Shown here piece by piece: positions 39,520 through 50,027 of a stretch of DNA of 64,000 bases; within the stretch, counting starts at the first letter, position 1, and each line of letters starts with the position of its first letter. The notes under the pieces were generated by a model. That model saw only the letters and a program-made list of their open reading frames with translations, was not told where the DNA came from and ran no database searches. Made by a program: the position numbers and the translations under genes. This DNA is from Betaproteobacteria bacterium (GTDB taxonomy: Bacteria > Pseudomonadota > Gammaproteobacteria > Burkholderiales > Thiobacteraceae): contig JAHECG010000005.1 of the NCBI GenBank assembly GCA_024641855.1, forward strand, positions 123 through 64,122. The letters are read 5' to 3'.

Positions 39520-40731
39520 TTAGTGAGCTGCCCACTGAATGGAATTGATGTCGATACCGTCTTGGTACATTTCCCACAGCGGCGACAATTCGCGCAGCTT
39601 GGCGATTTTGCTTTTCAGTAAATCGATGGTGAAGTCGATCTCTTCTTCCGTGGTGAAACGGCCAATGGTAAAACGAATGGAGCTATGTGCCAGTTCATCG
39701 GAACGACCCAGCGACTTCAATACATAGGAAGGCTCAAGGCTGGCAGATGTGCAAGCCGAACCGCTGGAAACAGCTACGTCCTTGATCGCCATGATGAGCG
39801 ATTCGCCCTCGACAAAATTGAAGCTGATGTTCAGGTTGTGCGGCACACGGTTATCCATGTCGCCGTTGACATAGACTTCTTCCATTTCCTGGAAACCCTT
39901 GAGCAGCTTGTCGCGCAACATACGAATGCGATCGTTCTCCGTTGCCATTTCTTCGCGTGCGATACGGAATGCTTCTCCCATGCCGACGCATTGATGCGGC
40001 GCCAACGTACCGGAACGCATGCCGCGTTCGTGGCCACCGCCATGCATTTGTGCCTCTACGCGCACCCGTGGTTTGCGTCGTACGTAGAGTGCGCCAACGC
40101 CCTTAGGGCCATAAGTCTTGTGTGCCGAAAATGACATCAAATCGACTTTGAGTTTTTGCAAATCGATAATCACTTTACCCGTGGCTTGTGCGGCGTCGAC
40201 GTGGAAAATAATGCCTTTCTCGCGGCAAATTTCCCCTAGCTCAGGAATGTCTTGGATCACGCCGATTTCGTTATTGACGTACATCACGGAGGCCAAAATG
40301 GTGTCGGGGCGAATGGCGGCTTTGAATTGTTCTATATCCAGCAAGCCATCCGGCTTGGTCGATAAGTAGGTGACTTCAAAGCCTTGGCGCTCCAATTCAC
40401 GGCAAGTGTCGAGCACAGCTTTGTGCTCGGTCTTAACGGTAATCAGGTGCTTGCCCTTGCCCTTATAAAAGTGCGCCGCGCCTTTAATGGCCAAGTTGTT
40501 GGATTCGGTTGCACCGGAAGTCCAGATGATTTCTTTTGAATCGGCATTCACCAGTTGTGCAATTTGCGCACGTGCTTCCTCGACGGCTTTTTCCGCTTCC
40601 CAGCCAAAGGGGTGTGAGCGTGAAGCCGGATTGCCGAAATGTTCGGTCAAATACGGAATCATTTTCTGCGCTACGCGCGGATCAACCGGTGTGGTTGCAG
40701 AGTAGTCGAGATAAATCGGGGTGTTAACCAT
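39520..40731 (-). CDS. iscS: Cysteine desulfurase IscS
   Basis: 403 aa ([25 protein letters not shown]). Confidence 0.97.
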   Translation of the reverse strand: MVNTPIYLDYSATTPVDPRVAQKMIPYLTEHFGNPASRSHPFGWEAEKAVEEARAQIAQLVNADSKEIIWTSGATESNNLAIKGAAHFYKGKGKHLITVKTEHKAVLDTCRELERQGFEVTYLSTKPDGLLDIEQFKAAIRPDTILASVMYVNNEIGVIQDIPELGEICREKGIIFHVDAAQATGKVIIDLQKLKVDLMSFSAHKTYGPKGVGALYVRRKPRVRVEAQMHGGGHERGMRSGTLAPHQCVGMGEAFRIAREEMATENDRIRMLRDKLLKGFQEMEEVYVNGDMDNRVPHNLNISFNFVEGESLIMAIKDVAVSSGSACTSASLEPSYVLKSLGRSDELAHSSIRFTIGRFTTEEEIDFTIDLLKSKIAKLRELSPLWEMYQDGIDINSIQWAAH

Positions 40732-40754
40732 TGCAAATCCTTATTGAGTACCTG

Positions 40755-41225
40755 TTAGGCGGCAGCAGTATTCGCTACGCGCTTGTCTTTTACAATGGAT
40801 ACTTTGTCATCGGCCTGGTTGCGCTGCTGCACCACGAGCTCGGCTAGAGAAACCGCTTCCAAGTATTCATAAATATGTTTGTTCAGGCCGGTCCACAGTT
40901 CGTGTGTCATGCAACGGTGATCATCCAGACAATTACCTAAGCCACCGCATTGCGTAGCATCGATCGGCTCATCGACGGCGCGGATAATTTCCGCGACGGA
41001 GATGGCGTTGGTGTCCTTGGCGAGGCAATAGCCGCCGCCCGGCCCGCGTACGCTCTCAACCAGAGCGCGACGGCGCAATTTGCCGAAGAGTTGCTCTAAA
41101 TAAGAAAGCGAAATTTTTTGGCGATCGCTGATGCCGGCTAAAGTCACGGGGCCATTGCCATTACGCATGGCTAAATCCAGCATTGCCGTTACTGCAAATC
41201 GTCCCTTCGTGGTCAGTCTCATCAT
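40755..41225 (-). CDS. iscR: Fe-S cluster assembly transcriptional regulator IscR (Rrf2 family)
   Basis: MRLTTKGRFAVTAMLDLA... with three-Cys cluster ligands (C...C....C). The start is at 41225 or 41222. Confidence 0.93.
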   Translation of the reverse strand: MMRLTTKGRFAVTAMLDLAMRNGNGPVTLAGISDRQKISLSYLEQLFGKLRRRALVESVRGPGGGYCLAKDTNAISVAEIIRAVDEPIDATQCGGLGNCLDDHRCMTHELWTGLNKHIYEYLEAVSLAELVVQQRNQADDKVSIVKDKRVANTAAA

Positions 41226-41236
41226 TCGTCCCCTGT

Positions 41237-41274
41237 TTAGTAGATAACGGGAATTTTAGTGAACCCTACTAAAT
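41237..41274 (-). promoter_or_regulatory. Inverted repeat upstream of iscR (candidate IscR autoregulatory site)
   Basis: tttagtag (41237-41244) and ctactaaa (41267-41274) flank ataacgggaattttagtgaacc. The CGGGAAT core resembles E. coli type-1 IscR sites as I recall them. The repeat overlaps the cysE stop. Confidence 0.3.
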
Positions 41275-42026
41275 TAGTCAACTATTTTATTCAGGTAGTT
41301 AACGTCAAACTTTTCTTCAATGACGGATACCGTATTGCTATCCACACCAAGTTTCTGTAATGCATCTAAAATCAAGTGCATACGCTGGTCGTTGGCTGAT
41401 ATGTGATCAAGTATCGCGTGGATGGCTTGAACCACCGGATCATTCATGTCCTGACTAATGGCGTAAGCAGAAAATCCAATCTTTTCAGCAGTTTCCGCAC
41501 GTATCTTGGCTTGTTCTGAATCCAGGATGCGTGCAGGAATGCCCACGGCTGTTGCACCGGGAGGAACATCCTTTACAACCACCGCATTTGAGCCGACTTT
41601 GGCACCTTCTCCCAGGGTAATAGGGCCCAAAATTTTCGCTCCAGCGCCGATGACGACACCTTTGCCTAAAGTTGGGTGACGCTTGCCCTTATTCCAGGAG
41701 GTGCCGCCGAGCGTAACGCCGTGATACAGAGTGCAATCATCGCCGATTTCGGCGGTTTCGCCAATAACCACCCCCATACCATGGTCAATGAAAACGCGCC
41801 GACCGATGGTGGCGCCGGGATGGATTTCGATACCGGTTATCCAGCGCGCAAAATGCGATAGAAAGCGCGCCAACCAACGTAAACGCCAGCGCCATAAGCC
41901 ATGGGCGAGGCGATGGAGGATGAGGGCGTGGACACCAGGATAGGTGGTGAGTATCTCGAATGACGAGCGTGCAGCGGGGTCTCGTTCGAAAACGATCGCA
42001 ATATCTTCACGCAGATGCTTAAACAT
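41274..42026 (-). CDS. cysE: Serine O-acetyltransferase
   Basis: 250 aa with hexapeptide repeats ([30 protein letters not shown]). Confidence 0.92.
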   Translation of the reverse strand: MFKHLREDIAIVFERDPAARSSFEILTTYPGVHALILHRLAHGLWRWRLRWLARFLSHFARWITGIEIHPGATIGRRVFIDHGMGVVIGETAEIGDDCTLYHGVTLGGTSWNKGKRHPTLGKGVVIGAGAKILGPITLGEGAKVGSNAVVVKDVPPGATAVGIPARILDSEQAKIRAETAEKIGFSAYAISQDMNDPVVQAIHAILDHISANDQRMHLILDALQKLGVDSNTVSVIEEKFDVNYLNKIVD

Positions 42027-42072
42027 AATCGGATACCAAGGTTAGCGTTTCATTATATTTAAGCTGACTAAA

Positions 42073-42816
42073 TCAGTCCACCTTTGATTTTGTGAACAAA
42101 TTTATTTGTTTAATGATACCCATCAGGATGCTGAACTCTTCTTTCTCCAATTGTGTGCGCGCAAACATACGACGAATTCTGGGCATCAGGCGTTTTGGGT
42201 GCGCTGGGTCGAGAAACTGTATGCGCGTCAGGGTTTCTTCCAGGCGTTGGTAAAAGAATTCGATGTCTTCCAAAGGCGCCATCTCTGCGGTGTCGGTGGG
42301 CGAGTTTGGCGCAGTCAGCGTCGCCATTCTGAGTTCGTAGGACATGATTTGCACCGCACTGGCAACGTTCAGCGAGGTGTAAGCGCTATCGGTCGGAATC
42401 GCGATGACATATTGGCAGCGGGCGAGTTCGGCATTGGAAAGGCCGTAGGTTTCGTTGCCGAAGAGCAGTGCAACTTCCTGCGTTGCAGCAACTTCGATCA
42501 AGCGCCGCGCGGCTTCGCGTACATCCAAACAGGGATTTTGTAGGCCGCGTCGACGTGCCGTTAAACCCGCTGCGATAACACTACCGCTTAAGGCTTGATC
42601 CAAGGTGGCGTGAACTTGCGCTTGTTCCAGCACATCGCGCGCATCACAAGCCAAGGCATCGGCCTCGGCGTCTGGGAAACGCTGCGGCTCAACCAAGTAG
42701 AGCCGGTTCAGTCCCATGGTCTTCATGGCGCGCGCGGCAGAGCCGATATTGCCGGGATGGCTGGTGTGATCCATCACGATGCGGATATTGGATAATGGGT
42801 TAACGGTGTTTTTCAT
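42073..42816 (-). CDS. trmJ: tRNA (cytidine/uridine-2'-O)-methyltransferase TrmJ (SpoU family)
   Basis: 247 aa (HPGNIGSAARAMKTMGL, LLFGNETYGLSN). It is divergent from suhB, as in enterics. Confidence 0.85.
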   Translation of the reverse strand: MKNTVNPLSNIRIVMDHTSHPGNIGSAARAMKTMGLNRLYLVEPQRFPDAEADALACDARDVLEQAQVHATLDQALSGSVIAAGLTARRRGLQNPCLDVREAARRLIEVAATQEVALLFGNETYGLSNAELARCQYVIAIPTDSAYTSLNVASAVQIMSYELRMATLTAPNSPTDTAEMAPLEDIEFFYQRLEETLTRIQFLDPAHPKRLMPRIRRMFARTQLEKEEFSILMGIIKQINLFTKSKVD

Positions 42817-42859
42817 TTAAAATGGCGTTTTTGCTCTTTAATCATCTTCGAAGGTTCAC

Positions 42860-43639
42860 ATGCACCCCATGCTCAATATTGCGGTCAAGGCCGCACGCCG
42901 CGCTGGCACCATCATCAATCGTGCAACACAAGATTTGGATTTGCTCACCGTACAGCGTAAAGGCAATCATGATTATGTGAGCGAGGTGGATAAGATGGCG
43001 GAGCAGGCGATCGTCGAAACCCTGCTGGAGGCCTTTCCCGACCATGCAATTCTAGCAGAAGAGGGCGGCGCTCAAGGCCAATCGGAGTATGTGTGGATCA
43101 TCGACCCGCTCGACGGCACCACCAATTTTTTGCATGGGCTGCCGCAATTTGCCGTTTCCATTGCCTTGCAGCACAAAGGCTTGCTGAGCCAAGCAGTGGT
43201 ATTTGATCCTTCGCGCAACGAGCTTTATACCGCTACTCGCGGTCGCGGGGCTTTCCTCAATGACCGTCGCTTGCGGGTCAGCAAGCAAACACGTTTAGAG
43301 GATGCTTTAATCGGCACGGGTTTTCCCTACCATGATTTTTCATTCATGGAGACGTACTTGAAAATATTTAAGGAGTTAATGCCGAAGGTTGCCGGCGTGC
43401 GTCGTCCGGGTGCGGCTTCGCTCGACCTCGCTTATGTGGCGGCTGGGCGTTACGACGCCTTTTGGGAAGCGGGGCTCAAGCAATGGGATATGGCGGCCGG
43501 TATCTTGTTGATCCAAGAAGCTGGCGGCCTGGTCACGGATTTCAAGGGTGAGGAAAATGTGTTGTCGAGCGGTAATATTGTCGGCGGCAATCCGAAAATT
43601 TTTGCGCAACTGCTGAGCATCATTCAGGCGCATGTTTAA
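42860..43639 (+). CDS. suhB: Inositol monophosphatase family protein SuhB
   Basis: 259 aa ([16 protein letters not shown]). Confidence 0.92.
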   Translation: MHPMLNIAVKAARRAGTIINRATQDLDLLTVQRKGNHDYVSEVDKMAEQAIVETLLEAFPDHAILAEEGGAQGQSEYVWIIDPLDGTTNFLHGLPQFAVSIALQHKGLLSQAVVFDPSRNELYTATRGRGAFLNDRRLRVSKQTRLEDALIGTGFPYHDFSFMETYLKIFKELMPKVAGVRRPGAASLDLAYVAAGRYDAFWEAGLKQWDMAAGILLIQEAGGLVTDFKGEENVLSSGNIVGGNPKIFAQLLSIIQAHV

Positions 43640-43654
43640 CCCCGGCAGGGGTTA
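43637..43654. terminator. Short hairpin between convergent suhB and the OMP gene
   Basis: taacccc / ggggtta with a ggca loop, starting at the suhB stop codon. T-rich sequence follows only after about 20 nt. Confidence 0.35.
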
Positions 43655-43670
43655 GCGTCTGTCGATTGTT

Positions 43671-44615
43671 TTAAAAGCGCTGGCTAAACCCCACAGAAAT
43701 ACTTTTTCCTGTGGTGAGTTGTACGCCTCTGACATCGGTAGAAACCGGCAGTTGTACGAAGCCATAGATCTGTGTGCTGCCTCCAACAGCATAAGCCATG
43801 CCGGGGCTGATATAGAGCACACGACCGCCAGTATCCTTTGGTTCAGCATTTGAGCCAGTGTCGTGCGCACGAAGCTGGAAGTTCGCTTGCACAATCCCGC
43901 TCAAATCTCTACTGAATGCATAACGCCCACCCACATCCAGCGTAAAGCGGTCTCCGGGTTTATAGTTGTCATGGGTGGTGACGGCATGTTGCCATGAAGA
44001 CTGGCCAAACCAGCTGAAGGCAGAAGCGCTGGGACGTGAATGATAGTTGATGCCCAATATCGTATCGGTGCTGCCACTACCCGGTTGTAAGGTGCGTTCA
44101 GCCACTTCACCGTCGCTGTTCGCGACATTGGTTTTACCGGTCGGCAGCTTTAATCCTAAATTTAAACTGAAACCACTGTCCTTGACTAACGGCAGTCGGA
44201 GGTTGATCCGCGCATCACCAATATCAGCGATATCCCAGTGGTCAAATATCTGCTCACCATGGTGGTTGTGAATATGATCGTGATTGCGAGTAACCCACGG
44301 TAATTGCATACCCAAGCCCCAGCCATTCTCGAAATTGTAATCCAGGCCGAGTTGAACATTGCGGTTTAATGTTCTGACTTCATCATGATGGCGATGGACT
44401 TCCCCGATGGCGACACGCTTTGAGCCTGCATACGGGCGGTCTTGATCGATGAAGTCATAGCGCAAATCAGCCTGCAATCCGGGTTCAACCCAAGCGCCTA
44501 GCGCGCGCCAGTCGCTATTTAAAGTGCAAAAAGTAGCGCCGCAGGAAGCGATAGCCGGGGCAGTGGTTAATAGCGTGAGGAGCATCGCTAAAACTGAGCG
44601 TGAACATGGAGACAT
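43671..44615 (-). CDS. Outer-membrane beta-barrel protein (transporter / MetA-pathway-like family) with His-rich loops
   Basis: 314 aa. It has a signal peptide (LLTLLTTAPAIASC), alternating beta-strand pattern and a C-terminal ...GFSQRF. The His clusters are EVHRHHDEV and NHDHIHNHHGEQIFDHWD. Confidence 0.55.
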   Translation of the reverse strand: MSPCSRSVLAMLLTLLTTAPAIASCGATFCTLNSDWRALGAWVEPGLQADLRYDFIDQDRPYAGSKRVAIGEVHRHHDEVRTLNRNVQLGLDYNFENGWGLGMQLPWVTRNHDHIHNHHGEQIFDHWDIADIGDARINLRLPLVKDSGFSLNLGLKLPTGKTNVANSDGEVAERTLQPGSGSTDTILGINYHSRPSASAFSWFGQSSWQHAVTTHDNYKPGDRFTLDVGGRYAFSRDLSGIVQANFQLRAHDTGSNAEPKDTGGRVLYISPGMAYAVGGSTQIYGFVQLPVSTDVRGVQLTTGKSISVGFSQRF

Positions 44616-44680
44616 GATTTCCCTTTGGACGTTGTTTTTTTAATATGCGCGAGTCTAAAGACGTGGGGCTGCGTATGGAA

Positions 44681-44697
44681 TGCGACACAGTGTCGCA
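44681..44697. promoter_or_regulatory. Perfect palindrome TGCGAC-N5-GTCGCA (candidate RegA/PrrA box) in the divergent OMP/regB promoter region
   Basis: The palindrome is 17 bp with 8-bp arms. It matches the GCGNC-N5-GNCGC inverted-repeat type reported for PrrA/RegA. It lies 66 nt from the regB ATG and 65 nt from the OMP ATG. Confidence 0.45.
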
Positions 44698-44763
44698 GCA
44701 CAAGTGCCGATAAAACCGGCATGAAGTCGTTACAATGCGGTTTTAGCCAACGCATGGTCCTGC

Positions 44764-46068
44764 ATGACACCGCAACGCCGTAACTTGAAACGCTTGATTG
44801 CGCTACGCGCGATTGAGGTCGTGTGCCAAGTGCTCGTGATCTACTTTGCCGTCTACATTATTGGGATGGCTTTGCCGACCACGGTACTGTTCGGACTGTC
44901 GGCAGGGTTAGCGCTCGCAACGTGGGCTAGCTGGTGGCGGGCGAGGCAATCTTGGCCGGTGACAACGCTAGAGTTGGCAGCGCACTTATTATTCGATATC
45001 GGTATCTTGACGGCCTTGCTCTATTTTGCCGGCGGCTCGACCAACCCCTTCGTAACCCTCTATTTATTGCCGCTTTCGATTGCTGCGGCCTTATTGCCTG
45101 CCAGACTGACATGGCTGATAGCAGGTCTTACGTTGGCGTGTTACACCTTGCTGTTGTTTGCTTTTCACCCTCTGCCGCAGGGGGCGGGGAGCTTCGCCTT
45201 GTTAGCGACTTTTTTGCCGGGTGGGTTGCATGGTGCGCACGACGCACATGGTATGCATGCAGATTTCGGTCTGCACATACTCGGCATGTGGTTTAACTTT
45301 GCCTTAAGCGCAATCCTCATTGCGTGGTTCGTGGCGCGGATGGCGCAATCCATCCGCGAGCGCGATCAACGCTTGGCGGCGGCGCGCGAACAAGCTTTGC
45401 GCAACGAGCAATTGGTCGCGCTGGGTACCTTGGCGGCCGGTGCAGCGCACGAGCTTTCAACACCATTGGCGACGATGCGCATGATTGCATCCGAATTGGA
45501 ACGTGAACACAGCGCTGATACTGCACTCGCGCAAGATTTGCAATTGCTGCGCGCACAGGCCGATCAATGCAAACGCATTCTCACGCAGTTGACCGCCGAT
45601 GCCGGTGCCGCACGCGCCGAACAGGCCGCCATCGTCAGCTGCGAGCAGTATCTTCAGCACTTGATGGAACAGTGGCAACTCTTGCGGCCGCAAGTCTCGC
45701 CGATCACGGATTTTTCCGGTACGCAAAACGGGACGATTGCCGCAGAGCGCACCCTGGATCAGGCGTTGATGAACTTGATCAATAACGCCGCAGATGTTTC
45801 TCCCGCACAAGTTGAAATCAGCGCGCGCTGGGACGAGACACAATTGCAAATCGAAATTCGCGATCGTGGCCCGGGGATGAGCGCTGCTGTGGCGGCGCGT
45901 GCCGGTGAGGCTTTTTTCACCACCAAAGGCCCGGCGCATGGTTTGGGTATTGGTCTATTTCTCGCCAATGCGACCATCGAGCGTGTTGGCGGCATTGTTA
46001 GTTTATTCAATCGCGATGGCGGGGGCGCTTGCGTGCGTGTGACGCTCCCTATCTTGGGGAAAGCGTGA
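44764..46068 (+). CDS. regB: Redox-sensing histidine kinase RegB/PrrB/ActS family
   Basis: Multi-TM N-terminus with the GGSTNPF quinone-site heptapeptide (45031-45051). The H-box is AAHELSTPL. A Cys sits exactly 40 residues after the His (ADQCKRIL), as in the RegB redox box. A HATPase domain follows. Confidence 0.85.
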   Translation: MTPQRRNLKRLIALRAIEVVCQVLVIYFAVYIIGMALPTTVLFGLSAGLALATWASWWRARQSWPVTTLELAAHLLFDIGILTALLYFAGGSTNPFVTLYLLPLSIAAALLPARLTWLIAGLTLACYTLLLFAFHPLPQGAGSFALLATFLPGGLHGAHDAHGMHADFGLHILGMWFNFALSAILIAWFVARMAQSIRERDQRLAAAREQALRNEQLVALGTLAAGAAHELSTPLATMRMIASELEREHSADTALAQDLQLLRAQADQCKRILTQLTADAGAARAEQAAIVSCEQYLQHLMEQWQLLRPQVSPITDFSGTQNGTIAAERTLDQALMNLINNAADVSPAQVEISARWDETQLQIEIRDRGPGMSAAVAARAGEAFFTTKGPAHGLGIGLFLANATIERVGGIVSLFNRDGGGACVRVTLPILGKA

Positions 46069-46607
46069 TGGAGCAAGAACGTCCAAGCTTGTTGTTGGTC
46101 GATGACGACGAGGCCTTTCGCCAAGTGTTGGCGCGCGCTTTGGAAAAGCGTGGGTTTGCCGTCAGTGCCGCAGCAGATGTGGCGTCGGCCAGTTTATTGG
46201 CACAAGCCAACGCCCCCGAATATGCGGTCATTGATCTTAAAATGCCAGGCCCTTCGGGCTTGATGTTGGTGCAGCGCTTAAAAGAATTGGATGCGGAAAC
46301 GCGCATTGTCATGTTAACCGGCTATGCCAGTATCGCCACGGCAGTAGAGGCGATTAAGCTCGGCGCGACACATTATTTAGCCAAACCAGCCGACGTGGAC
46401 GAGATCGTCCATGCGTTGCAGCAAACCGCAGGCGACCCCAATGTGACGATCAACAGTGATCCACTTTCGGTCGATCGCTTGGAATGGGAGCACATTCAAA
46501 AAGTATTAGCGGAAAACGACGGCAATATTTCCGCTACAGCACGCGCACTCAAAATGCATCGCCGTACCTTGCAGCGCAAGCTCGGTAAAAAACCGGTACG
46601 CACATGA
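46068..46607 (+). CDS. regA: Response regulator RegA/PrrA/ActR family (REC + Fis-type HTH)
   Basis: MEQERPSLLLVDDDEAF... and a C-terminal NISATARALKMHRRTLQRKL. The ATG overlaps the regB stop (TGATG). The track start at 46029 is rejected. Confidence 0.88.
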   Translation: MEQERPSLLLVDDDEAFRQVLARALEKRGFAVSAAADVASASLLAQANAPEYAVIDLKMPGPSGLMLVQRLKELDAETRIVMLTGYASIATAVEAIKLGATHYLAKPADVDEIVHALQQTAGDPNVTINSDPLSVDRLEWEHIQKVLAENDGNISATARALKMHRRTLQRKLGKKPVRT

Positions 46608-47371
46608 AATTACGCGCGCCGGGTTGGATGCTGTTGGCTTGGCTATGCGTCTGTCCAGCTTGGGCTGAGCGCAATGCCCCAGTGCAGGTGCCAACCGCGA
46701 GCGTAAGCTACCCGCACGATCCCAGCAGCTATACCGAAGGCCTGCTATGGCACGAGGGTTTGTTGTACGAAAGTATTGGGCTTTATGGGCACTCCACACT
46801 CAGTGTGCGTGCGTTGAAGACGGGGCAAGTCTTGCGCAGTCAAACACTGGATTCCAACTTATTCGGTGAGGGCTTGGCCTTGGTCGGCGATGAGTTGGTG
46901 CAGTTGACCTGGAAAGAGCATCAGATTCTTATCTACGACAAATCCACGTTACAACGTAAACGCAGCTTGCCTTTCCCCTGGGAAGGCTGGGGGGCAACCT
47001 ATGATGGTCAACAGTTAATCGTCAGCGATGGTTCTAATGCACTGCGATTCCTGGATCCCATCAGCGTTAAAGAGATGAAGCGCATTGCGGTACACGATGG
47101 CGATCAGCCCATCGATTTGCTGAATGAATTGGAATTCGTGCACGGTGAAATTTTAGCTAATGTATTTGGTTCGGATCGCATTGCGCGTATAGACCCGAGT
47201 AGCGGAAACGTGCTTGGTTGGCTGGATTTGTCGCTTTTGTATCCAATTGCGCAACGGCCAGCGATTGATGCAGTGTTAAACGGGATTGCTTACGATGCGC
47301 AGCAGCAGATGCTGTTGGTCACCGGAAAATACTGGCCAAAGCTATTCTTAATCCCATGGCCGAAACAGTAA
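46604..47371 (+). CDS. Glutaminyl-peptide cyclotransferase (beta-propeller glutamine cyclotransferase), secreted
   Basis: Signal peptide MKLRAPGWMLLAWLCVCPAWA. YPHDPSSYTEGLLWHEGLLYESIGLYG is typical of the family. The ATG overlaps the regA stop (ATGA). Confidence 0.85.
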   Translation: MKLRAPGWMLLAWLCVCPAWAERNAPVQVPTASVSYPHDPSSYTEGLLWHEGLLYESIGLYGHSTLSVRALKTGQVLRSQTLDSNLFGEGLALVGDELVQLTWKEHQILIYDKSTLQRKRSLPFPWEGWGATYDGQQLIVSDGSNALRFLDPISVKEMKRIAVHDGDQPIDLLNELEFVHGEILANVFGSDRIARIDPSSGNVLGWLDLSLLYPIAQRPAIDAVLNGIAYDAQQQMLLVTGKYWPKLFLIPWPKQ

Positions 47372-47429
47372 GTTGTTAGCGAATGCTGTAGCAACGGTAT
47401 AATTTCCGTTTCCAGCATATAAATAGCAT

Positions 47430-47445
47430 TGCCTGTGCACAGGCA
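47430..47445. promoter_or_regulatory. Perfect 16-bp palindrome TGCCTGTGCACAGGCA abutting the mutS start
   Basis: It ends 3 nt before the mutS ATG. The only purine-rich Shine-Dalgarno-like triplet (AGG) lies in its right arm. Confidence 0.4.
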
Positions 47446-47448
47446 CCC

Positions 47449-50019
47449 ATGATGGACCAATCGCTCCCCACGCCACCGCTCGAATCCCATACGCCAATGA
47501 TGCAGCAGTATCTGCGCATCAAGGCGCAGCATCCGGACATGCTGTTGCTGTACCGCATGGGCGATTTTTACGAGCTATTTTTTGAAGATGCGGAAGAAGC
47601 CGCGCGCTTGCTCGATATCACGTTGACCACGCGCGGTGCGAGCGCCGGACAGCCGATCAAAATGGCGGGCGTGCCGTATCACTCGGTAGAGCAATATCTC
47701 GCGAAGTTGGTGAAGCTCGGTTTGTCGGTCGCGATTTGCGAGCAGGTCGGTGATCCAGCGACGAGCAAAGGGCCGGTTGAGCGCCAAGTCGCGCGCATCA
47801 TCACGCCCGGCACCGTCACCGATAGCGCCTTGCTCGATGAACGGCGCGAGGCGTATGTGATGGCAGCCTTGCCGCAACAAAACAAGGTTGGCTTGGCTTG
47901 GTTGAGTTTAGCCAGCGGCCGTTTTTTTGTGGCGGAACTATTGCCGCGCGAGTTGCTGTCTTTTGTCGAGCGCATCAAACCCGCCGAGTTGTTGTTACCT
48001 GAAGCGGCTGAGTCTGTTTTCGATAGCGGCAAGCTGGTGTTGAAACGCCTGCCGCAATGGCAATTCGATTTGGACAGCGCGCAACTCACGCTTGCGCAGC
48101 AATTCGCAACGCATGATCTGGCCGGTTTCGGTGTGGCGGACATGCCGATTGCGCTGACGGCTGCCGGCGCGTTGCTGGCATACGTTAAACAAACGCAGCG
48201 TGCGGCGTTACCGCATATCGTCAGCATCCAGCCGGAGTTTCAACGTGAATACGTGTTGATGGATGCTGCCACGCGGCGCAATTTGGAGCTAACGGAAACC
48301 ATTCGCGGTGAAGCGGCGCCGACACTGTTGTCGTTACTCGACCATACTTCGGGTGCGATGGGCAGTCGCTTATTGCGCCATTGGCTGCATCATCCCTTGC
48401 GCAACCGTGCGACGATCATGGCGCGGCTGGAAGCCGTGGCAGCGTTACAGCAAGGCGCACCAACGCCAGTTTATGCGGCGCTGTTGCAATTGCTGCGCGG
48501 TGTCGCGGATATCGAACGCATCGTCGCGCGTGTCGCGTTGCGCACGGCTAGACCGCGCGATTTGGCCGCCTTGCGCGGAAGTCTGGCGCAATTGCCGGAT
48601 TTGCAAACGTTATTGCAGAATTTACCGAGTGCGCGCATCGCGCAATTGTTGCAAATCGCGCAACCACAACAAGCGGTGGAGCAAGAGCTCGCACGCGCCA
48701 TCAAGTCCGAACCCTCGGTGGTGTTGCGCGAAGGCGGCGTGATCGCCGACGGCTTTGATGCCGAGCTGGATGAACTGCGCGCAATACAAAATAATTGCGG
48801 CGAATTTTTATTGCAGCTCGAAGCGCGTGAGCGCGAACGCAGCGGTATTGCCACACTCAAGGTCGAATACAACCGCGTGCATGGTTTTTATATCGAAGTC
48901 GGCCGGGTGCAAGCGGACAAAGTGCCGGACGATTATCGCCGTCGCCAAACCTTAAAAAATGCCGAACGTTATATCACGCCGGAATTGAAAGCGTTTGAAG
49001 ACAAAGCCCTGTCCGCCGCAGATCGGGCGCTCGCGCGCGAGAAATGGCTGTACGAGCAAGTGCTGGATAGTTTGCAAGCGCATCTCATGACGTTGCACAG
49101 CATTGCCGGTGCGATTGCGGAGCTGGACGTATTAGCCTCTTTCGCCGAACGTGCGCAGACGTTGAACTACGCCATGCCGGAATTCACGACAACGCCGAAG
49201 CTTGAAATTATCGGTGGACGCCATCCCGTGGTGGAAGGGCAGGTCGATGCGTTTATCGCCAACGACACGCAGTTGAATCGTACGCGGCAGATGCTGCTGA
49301 TCACCGGCCCGAACATGGGTGGTAAATCCACCTACATGCGTCAAACCGCGTTGATCGTGTTGCTCGCGCATTGTGGTTGTTTCGTTCCGGCGCGCAGTGC
49401 GACATTGGGTCCGGTGGATCAAATCTTTACCCGTATCGGTGCATCGGATGATCTCGCCTCCGGCCGCTCTACCTTCATGGTGGAGATGACTGAGACCGCG
49501 AATATTTTGCACAACGCCAGTGCCGAAAGCTTGGTGTTGCTGGATGAAATCGGGCGCGGCACCTCGACCTTCGATGGTTTGGCGCTGGCTTATGCCGTCG
49601 CGCGCCAGCTGGCGGAAAAGACTGGTAGTTATACTTTGTTTGCCACGCACTATTTCGAGCTTACGCGCCTGAGCCAAGAGTTGAAACAGATTGCCAACGT
49701 GCATTTATCGGCGGTAAAGCATAAAGACAGCATCGTGTTTCTGCATGCGGTACAAGATGGCCCCGCCAGCCAAAGTTACGGACTGGAAGTTGCGGCTTTG
49801 GCTGGGGTGCCGGGCACCGTGATCCAACAAGCGCGACGTTATTTGGTGAGCCTGGAAAACCAAAGCGTCACGCGAGAAGGGCAAGGCGATTTATTTACCC
49901 AAGCACCCGAAGCGGAACCGCATCCAGCCCTGGAGAAGTTAGCGGAAATCGAGCCGGATGAATTGACGCCGAAACAGGCCTTGGAGTGTCTGTACGCGTT
50001 GAAGAAACTCAGCGATTAA
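47449..50019 (+). CDS. mutS: DNA mismatch repair protein MutS
   Basis: 856 aa ([34 protein letters not shown], Walker [10 protein letters not shown]). Confidence 0.98.
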   Translation: MMDQSLPTPPLESHTPMMQQYLRIKAQHPDMLLLYRMGDFYELFFEDAEEAARLLDITLTTRGASAGQPIKMAGVPYHSVEQYLAKLVKLGLSVAICEQVGDPATSKGPVERQVARIITPGTVTDSALLDERREAYVMAALPQQNKVGLAWLSLASGRFFVAELLPRELLSFVERIKPAELLLPEAAESVFDSGKLVLKRLPQWQFDLDSAQLTLAQQFATHDLAGFGVADMPIALTAAGALLAYVKQTQRAALPHIVSIQPEFQREYVLMDAATRRNLELTETIRGEAAPTLLSLLDHTSGAMGSRLLRHWLHHPLRNRATIMARLEAVAALQQGAPTPVYAALLQLLRGVADIERIVARVALRTARPRDLAALRGSLAQLPDLQTLLQNLPSARIAQLLQIAQPQQAVEQELARAIKSEPSVVLREGGVIADGFDAELDELRAIQNNCGEFLLQLEARERERSGIATLKVEYNRVHGFYIEVGRVQADKVPDDYRRRQTLKNAERYITPELKAFEDKALSAADRALAREKWLYEQVLDSLQAHLMTLHSIAGAIAELDVLASFAERAQTLNYAMPEFTTTPKLEIIGGRHPVVEGQVDAFIANDTQLNRTRQMLLITGPNMGGKSTYMRQTALIVLLAHCGCFVPARSATLGPVDQIFTRIGASDDLASGRSTFMVEMTETANILHNASAESLVLLDEIGRGTSTFDGLALAYAVARQLAEKTGSYTLFATHYFELTRLSQELKQIANVHLSAVKHKDSIVFLHAVQDGPASQSYGLEVAALAGVPGTVIQQARRYLVSLENQSVTREGQGDLFTQAPEAEPHPALEKLAEIEPDELTPKQALECLYALKKLSD

Positions 50020-50027
50020 AAGACTTG

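Noticed and set aside
44706-44713. An exact sigma28 -10 consensus GCCGATAA lies upstream of regB.
   Set aside because: There is no TAAA-type -35 at the required 15-nt distance (the sequence there is ACAG). This is probably a chance match.
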